DNA of 64,000 nucleotides from Eledone cirrhosa (taxonomy: Eukaryota), in assembly GCA_964016885.1 (NCBI GenBank), contig OZ024743.1:259532001-259596000 (forward strand), read 5' to 3'. Numbering within the stretch: position 1 is the stretch's first letter; every line of letters begins with the position of its first letter. The notes under the pieces were generated by a model. It was not told the origin of the DNA and did no database searches. It worked only from the letters and a program-made list of their open reading frames with translations. Positions 57,101-64,000 of this stretch are shown piece after piece. The position numbers and the translations under genes were made by a program.

Positions 57101-57746
57101 TCTGTATATATATATAAAATTAAGTATGTGTGTGTGTCTGTATGTCTGTGTATTACCTATAGGGGCCTACATCTTACGGCCGATTTTCATGAAACTTTAC
57201 AGGCTCATAGATTAGTAATCGGAGAGTGTTTTCTATATATTAGCATATGGTTTTTTTTAATCCAGGATCATTCTGAAGATAAAAATCGATAGGGGGCTCA
57301 CCTTTTTTTAGGTATCGAAAAATAAGATTTTTGGCTCTAGCTCCCACATTTTGCCACCAATTTCGTTCAAATTTTAAAGCAAAATAGAATTTATCATTGC
57401 ACATCATGCAGTATAATGGCTTTATATTTTGCCTTTGTTGTTCAGGGACGGCGTGGCAGTGGCTTAAATATTCAAAAATACCACTTTTAGACTCAAATTT
57501 CCGCCTTTTCGGCTCTAGCTCCCACATTTTTCAACCGATTTCGTTCAAATTCGAAACTCCCTACCCTAGCATGCCCCTTCGTCAGTCACCCGCGGTTCTC
57601 AGTGATAGAGGTCATTACCACCCTCCCCCACATGGCCTGTGTGTGGCCATAGATGAGTCATCGAGAAGCAGTGGCTAAGATCAACACCTTTTCATCAAAG
57701 CAGATATTATTTTACCTACCCAGGCAACGCTGGGTAATGCTGCTAG
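57101..57746 (+). mobile_element. Non-autonomous Helitron
   Basis: 5' A|TC start, 3' hairpin acccagg-caacg-ctgggt then CTAG|T; internal ~45-bp duplication at 57329 and 57507. Confidence 0.7.
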
Positions 57747-57759
57747 TATATATATATAC

Positions 57760-57835
<76 letters not shown>

Positions 57836-58057
57836 CATACATACATGCATACATACATGCATACATGCATACGTAGATACATACATACGTACATACATAC
57901 ATGCATACATATATATATACAAACAATATATATATGTATTTTTTTTAACCGGAAATTTATAATAAATTGAAGTGAAAACCAACAGATGCATGTGGTTTTA
58001 TTAGCAGCATGACCCTCCTGAAGTATAATAATAATATATATATATATATATATATAC

Positions 58058-58290
58058 GATCATAATGTCGTGTGTTCGATTCCTGGGTTGCGTGTTGTGT
58101 TCTTGAGCAAAACACTTCATTTCACGTTGCTCCAGTATACTCAGCTGGAAATGAGTACCAGCAATAGCTGGAGGTTTAACCCTGCGATGGACTGGCGTCC
58201 TGTCCAGGGGGGAGTCTTGTACTCTCAGTCGCTTCACGCCATGAAACCGGGATAAGCACCGGTCAAATGAGCCTTCTGGCTTAAGACAGC
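58058..58290 (+). mobile_element. tRNA-derived SINE with CORE-like and V-domain-like segments
   Basis: gttcgattcc B-box, gttgtgttcttgagcaaaacactt, ccctgcgatggactggcgtcctgtccagggg. Confidence 0.75.
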
Positions 58291-58335
58291 CTTTAGACTT
58301 TTTTTATATATGTATATATATATATATATATATAT

Positions 58336-58407
<72 letters not shown>

Positions 58408-58535
58408 TTATTGGTTCCTTTTTATATTATCACGAACTGGGCTATTATTGAAAAGGTGAAATATACTTTCCTCCATTTAAAAGCAAAACTATTTCCATAC
58501 TTGCCTTAAACAAATTATTTGAAAAATAGTAACAA

Positions 58536-58614
<79 letters not shown>

Positions 58615-58899
58615 TGTGTGTATTGAGTGTATTATGTAAACAGCCATTCACACATTCCTTCGCTCGCCATTTTTTTCTCCGTCTTCACCTTCTCTATCTC
58701 TTCTTTATTCTTTCTCAATCTTCTGAAGTTGGTCGTAGCCTGGAACGGTATATATTAACTTTTCTTATATCTCTTGTGCGTTAAACTAATATTCTCAATT
58801 TGTATTATATTTAGTCCTGTTTTTGTTTCACTACACACACATATATATGTGTATGTGTGCATGTGTGTGTGTATGTATATATATATGTGTGCGTGTGTA

Positions 58900-58949
<50 letters not shown>

Positions 58950-59015
58950 TATGTATATAAACAGTTAGTTAGATAACTTAATAAATGGAATGAGAGAAGT
59001 CTCCCTCTCTCTGTT

Positions 59016-59102
<87 letters not shown>

Positions 59103-59115
59103 ATGTATATATATA

Positions 59116-59331
59116 AAGAAATGGAAGAGGGACGGTATCACATGTTCAACGTCATTTTATTCTATAATAAAATGACGTTGAACATGTGATACCGTCTCGC
59201 TTCCTTTTCTAAATATTGATACACCATTTGATACCATATGCGTAATACCTTGTGGCATCTATGACGTCGAGTGCTTCCGCCTGATTACAACATTGCTGGT
59301 CGATTGAATGAATCACCCAGCACTGATAATC

Positions 59332-59333
<2 letters not shown>
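59116..59333. repeat. TA-flanked fold-back element with long and short arm
   Basis: gacggtatcacatgttcaacgtcattttatt-ctat-aataaaatgacgttgaacatgtgataccgtc. Confidence 0.7.
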
Positions 59334-59394
<61 letters not shown>

Positions 59395-59416
59395 AGCCGG
59401 GAAAAGCGAACGTAAA

Positions 59417-59451
<35 letters not shown>

Positions 59452-60694
59452 ATATATTCACAACAGAAGGACAGGCGTCATCATTCAGGCCAAGGAGCTG
59501 GCTTTAAGCTATTTCAATATATTCTAAAATATTAGTTACACGTAGCCGTTACTAAGAAGCTATATAGATTTCAAATATCGCTGCTTATGTGGTTCTCAGT
59601 GTCCTGGTATTTTAAGCATTCCCAAAACTGTGTTGGTGAATATAATACTTAACCAGAGGGAAATTACAAGTTATATTACTTCGTGGCATCTCAAAACAAA
59701 TAATTGTATTAGTTTTGCATAATTATCCCTCAAGAGAAATTTGGAGAGTATAATTTAATTATGAGCCATATTCATACAAATTGTCATACAATTCACACTA
59801 TATCAATTCCTCTGATAAGAATCTTGCCTGGAAGATCATTGGGAAATTGCCTAAAAATCGTCTTACATACAATAGCCGAGAGTAAGAAGGTAAGCAAAAT
59901 TGAGATTTGTATGAGGATACACTCCATGCAACGAATCTTAAGTAGCAACAGCTTTAATGACTTCATTGATCTAACATGTGATGCGTCTGTCTATTTACAT
60001 CTCAGCATACATCTTCAAACTCCGTGCTTCACTTCACCTAGCTGTCAGAAATAGGTAATCAGATATTATGAGAGTTTCCTATACTCTATAGTATTAACAA
60101 TTAGATTTACGTTATTGCTTTTTAGTGATGGATGAAATAGAATTGTAGATAAAAGTGATAATGTGAAAGTAAATATGTATATGCAGCTTATAACACACCA
60201 GTATCAGATAAGTGTAAACAAAGAAGGTATGTGTTCGATTTCATCAAATGATTTGATTTGGTTTCCCATTAGTTTTATGTTTTATATGTTCACAAAATCA
60301 TTCACTGCGTTTAGAGAGATCATAAACGTACCGTTTGATTCTCAGTTATCTATAATTGCAATCAAATAAAAGATATGGATCTTGAAGTCTTCAGAGCATA
60401 GCATGTAGGTCATACGGCATTCAATTGATAGAATCGTTAAAGTGTCGGACAAATATCTTGCCATATGTGTTCCGGTATTTTCATTGTGAGTTCAAATTCT
60501 TTCAATTTCTATAAAATAAAATAGCAATCTAGTACAGTGGGCCGATTTATAACACACACATACACCTAGAGAAAGCCCCCCATTGTTGCAGCATCTGTGC
60601 AACAGTGTGCAGGTACCTAGAAGGACTAAAAAGCCACGTCCGTGCTGCTCATGCTTAGGTGTCAGGCGAGAGCATTACTCGAAATCGAGTTGCA

Positions 60695-60736
<42 letters not shown>

Positions 60737-63230
60737 TGATCGGCTGCACGGTGTTGTTGCAAGCATTTAGTCTGGCCTCAGAGCCTCGGAAGTTTTGGAA
60801 AGTGTCAAGGGAACTGCCATCCTCACTCTAAAGTAAACGAGAAAAAAGAAAACAAAATCCGTATTCATTCAAAACGCTTTGAATGTATTAACAAAACGTT
60901 TACTTTCAGTGTAAGAGTAACGAGGATATATCGGGATTAACACCGAAAAACAGAATTATATAAAAGGAAAATAAAACATCTTCCATTAACACAGATGCTA
61001 AGATTTCAGACTGATTGCGGAGTTACTGCTTAATATGAGATCTGCCATATGAGAGTTTATGATGCAGCAGTAATTACACCTAAATAAAAATTAACGAAGG
61101 AGACATGGGTATAATATCATGTCCCTTCATTTTCGCACATGCTTTGCATAAATGAAATTTACAGTTCAGAACTATATAGATTTAATTGGCCTCTTACACG
61201 GTTGTATCTCATAGGAAGTGTCATGGAATTTTTAATGATAGGAGCGTCAGACCTATCATGAAAAGCAACATGAAATAAAACGTCTTTCTCAAGATCACAA
61301 CGCGCTGCTCCATCCAGGCATCAAACCTTATCCCAACACTTTTATCACTAGGTCATAGACCTTCACGTTGTTTAAAGATGTGAATATATATATATACCGT
61401 TTATTCCCAGTTTAGTCATTACTAAAACGAAATAAAATCTAAATTCAATAATGTTTCCTAGTTACTTCAGGTGAGTTTAATCTGTCATTTCATCTAATGT
61501 GTTGGTATGAAAACTCTTGAAGATTTTTGTGGGGTGGGGAGGGGTATTAGTGGTCTATATTTGATAATATATCCTGCAGACTACACACTGAACACGAACT
61601 ATCAATTACAGAAAATTATGAGACAATGTCACACGTGGCTTACAAAATCAAAAGTATCGTCTCAATCGAAACTAAGAGGCTACATATTGGCAAATGTGTA
61701 ATTAGGAGACTTACAAGGTAATAGATGTATTTTCAGTAGCTCTGCTGTTGTGTCTTGATGAGGGAGACACCATTGAATTTATGAATGTACATCACATATG
61801 CAGCTGTCAATTAGCTCCTACAATGTTAATGGATACCACTCAATTGACTGACAAGCAGGAATGTATAAGCCTGAAATTACGTAAATTATTAAAGGTAAAG
61901 TCAAGTACAAGACAATGAAAATCAAAGTAACATTTATCTATTTGGTTATGAAAATCTTTCAATATTTAATCGAAAATGTTGTTATAAATACATAAAAAGC
62001 ATTTCCTTTTATTAATCCTTTTGAAAAATAAAAGATATTTAAAATGTGTTACTAAAGAATCTTTTATGTCAAAGAAATACAATACATTATATGAGATATA
62101 AAATCTATTATGTTCTATTCTTATTTATTTTAACTTACTATCATATTTTCGTATTAAAGTGCAGTCATGTACTTATGTTTGAAAATCTAAGTGCAAACCT
62201 ATTATATTCAATACAAGATGAAAACCGATATACACATAAGTATTATACACAATCGAAAACAATCCGATGCATGAACCTCTCTGTCAGTCGACATGCTAGA
62301 AATAGCAGCCACACTCACCCTACTCGCCTTTCGTACTGAACAAAAAATTGGATTATATAAGCTGAGACGATGCTGTCCGAAATTACTGGTTAAACACAGT
62401 TAGAATTTCATTGACTATATATCTGCTCAAACAGAGCTGAAACTGGTTAAAATAAAAAATAAAAAAGTAACAAATGAAGAAGGTCATACATGTTTATTTT
62501 TTTAAATGAATTCCTGATAGTCCGAGGAGCATCGCCGTTAAATATGGCGAATCATTGGCATTTTAAAATTAGCAGCCTCCATCTCCTCTAAAGGTCTCAA
62601 CACAAATGATTTCTTTTTCCAAAGACATATAGAGAAAACTACAGAGACAGATCAAGAATCAAGCAAACACTTAATGGTATTGAATTCATCCATGTTCAAA
62701 GGCAAAGTTGACCTCGGTGGGATTTGATCTCAGAGTGTATAAAATCGGAACAAACAACACAAAGCATCCTACCCGACTTTCTAATGCCTTCAATATATAC
62801 AACTTCGAATATATATTTATAACTATAGGAAACACCTTAATTTACATCATCCAATACGATCATACATGAAGATAAATATATATATATTGTCGAGGTTTCC
62901 AAACGACTTAAAGATATTTACTTATTATTCCACAATGCTTCAAGCAAACTTCAATACTCTCATATATATATATATATATTTCGTTTCTGAATTTGTTTAG
63001 CAAGATTCTTTATCTGAAAACGTGTGTTGAGACCGATATTGATATACTTTGGGAGGGTCATGTTGCCAATAAGAAACACACGCACCAGTTGCTTTCACTC
63101 CAATATATTATAAATTAAATTATAGATTTTTAAAAATTTGTAAATTTCCGGTTGGCTGGTTGGTTCCACAACCGGACGGTTGTTCATATATTGTCAAAGT
63201 TCTTTCGTCACACATTCTGTGACCTCATCA

Positions 63231-63729
63231 ATACAACCCCTAGAGGCAAACTAGCTTACAAATTTAGAAGGGCACTAGATAAACTTAAACTAAATATTAA
63301 GATAGTGGAAAGACCAGGTACCTCCATAAAAACACTTATTAGTAATACATACCCTTTTCAAAACCTCCCTGTATAGATAGGAAATGCATAATCTGTAAAC
63401 TAAGCCCCCATATTAACTGCAAAAGGTGTACTGAGGGACAATGTAAAGATAAGAATATAATGTACATAGGTGAGACAGCTCGTAGTATAGGAGAACAATT
63501 AAATGAACACTGGCGAGAGCTTCAAGATAGAAAAGATTCATCAGTACTCCCCCAACATGATAAAATAGAACATAAGGGCAAATTAGAGAACATAGAAATA
63601 AAAATAAAATCTACACACAGAAAAGACGCAATGTTTCGACAAATCACAGAGGCAGTAAACATAAATGAACTCCAACCAAAATTAAATAGAAAACATGAAT
63701 GGAATAGCAACATCACAACTTACAATTAA
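63231..63729 (+). pseudogene. Frameshifted PLE linker and GIY-YIG endonuclease
   Basis: KIVERPGTSIKTLI...YPF, Cys cluster, YIGETARSIGEQLNEH, RQITEAVNI...LNRKHEW. Confidence 0.85.
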
Positions 63730-63925
63730 GGGCAAAATGAAAACACACATACACAGAACTACCAACCAACTAGTAACATGTAAATAAGCAAATAAATAAA
63801 CAAATAAAAATACACACGGACACCCGGATGTAACACATGCGCAAACTAAGCACACAACACACTCAAAAACAAGATGGCGTAGGACAGAGCAAAGGAGAGG
63901 CAAAAAACAAAGAAAAGAATCCCCG

Positions 63926-63968
63926 GTCACTGATGAGGTCACAGAATGTGTGACGAAAGAACTTTGAC
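63926..63968 (+). ncRNA. Minimal HHR (family D-related)
   Basis: gtca|CTGATGA|g-gtcaca-gaatg-tgtgac|GAAA|gaacTT|tgac. Confidence 0.8.
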
Positions 63969-64000
63969 AATATGTGAACAACCGTCCGGGTGTGGAACCA

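Larger units (their letters stand above)
62985..64000 (+). mobile_element. 5'-truncated Penelope-like element (probably Nematis-like) with inverted pLTR; runs off the window
   Basis: 63160-63230 is the reverse complement of 63931-64000; GIY-YIG remnant and HHR in between. Confidence 0.85.

Overview
Eukaryotic, AT-rich, microsatellite-saturated DNA with no host gene I can support. The SINE/LINE content resembles an Octopus (cephalopod) genome, which is an inference. Nearly all listed ORFs are translations of (TA)n/(CA)n tracts. The real content is decayed RTE LINEs, tRNA-derived SINEs, a mariner MITE, a non-autonomous Helitron and, most notably, a dense community of Penelope-like (PLE) and retrozyme-like elements inserted in (TA)n tracts. 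Folding by hand, I find about 20 type I hammerhead ribozyme (HHR) motifs, intact or decayed, from at least 8 sequence families. Several have non-canonical cores: a U3-A8 swap in four families and a conserved CAGAAGA (U4A) core in one. Two families link to GIY-YIG endonuclease remnants (29701-31358 and 62985-64000). The best candidate for an undescribed system is 42842-43613: a non-coding element with two apparently identical 181-bp direct repeats, each holding a complete HHR, 591 nt apart, as expected from rolling-circle reverse transcription of a 591-nt circular RNA. All folds and alignments were done by eye; no search or folding program was run.
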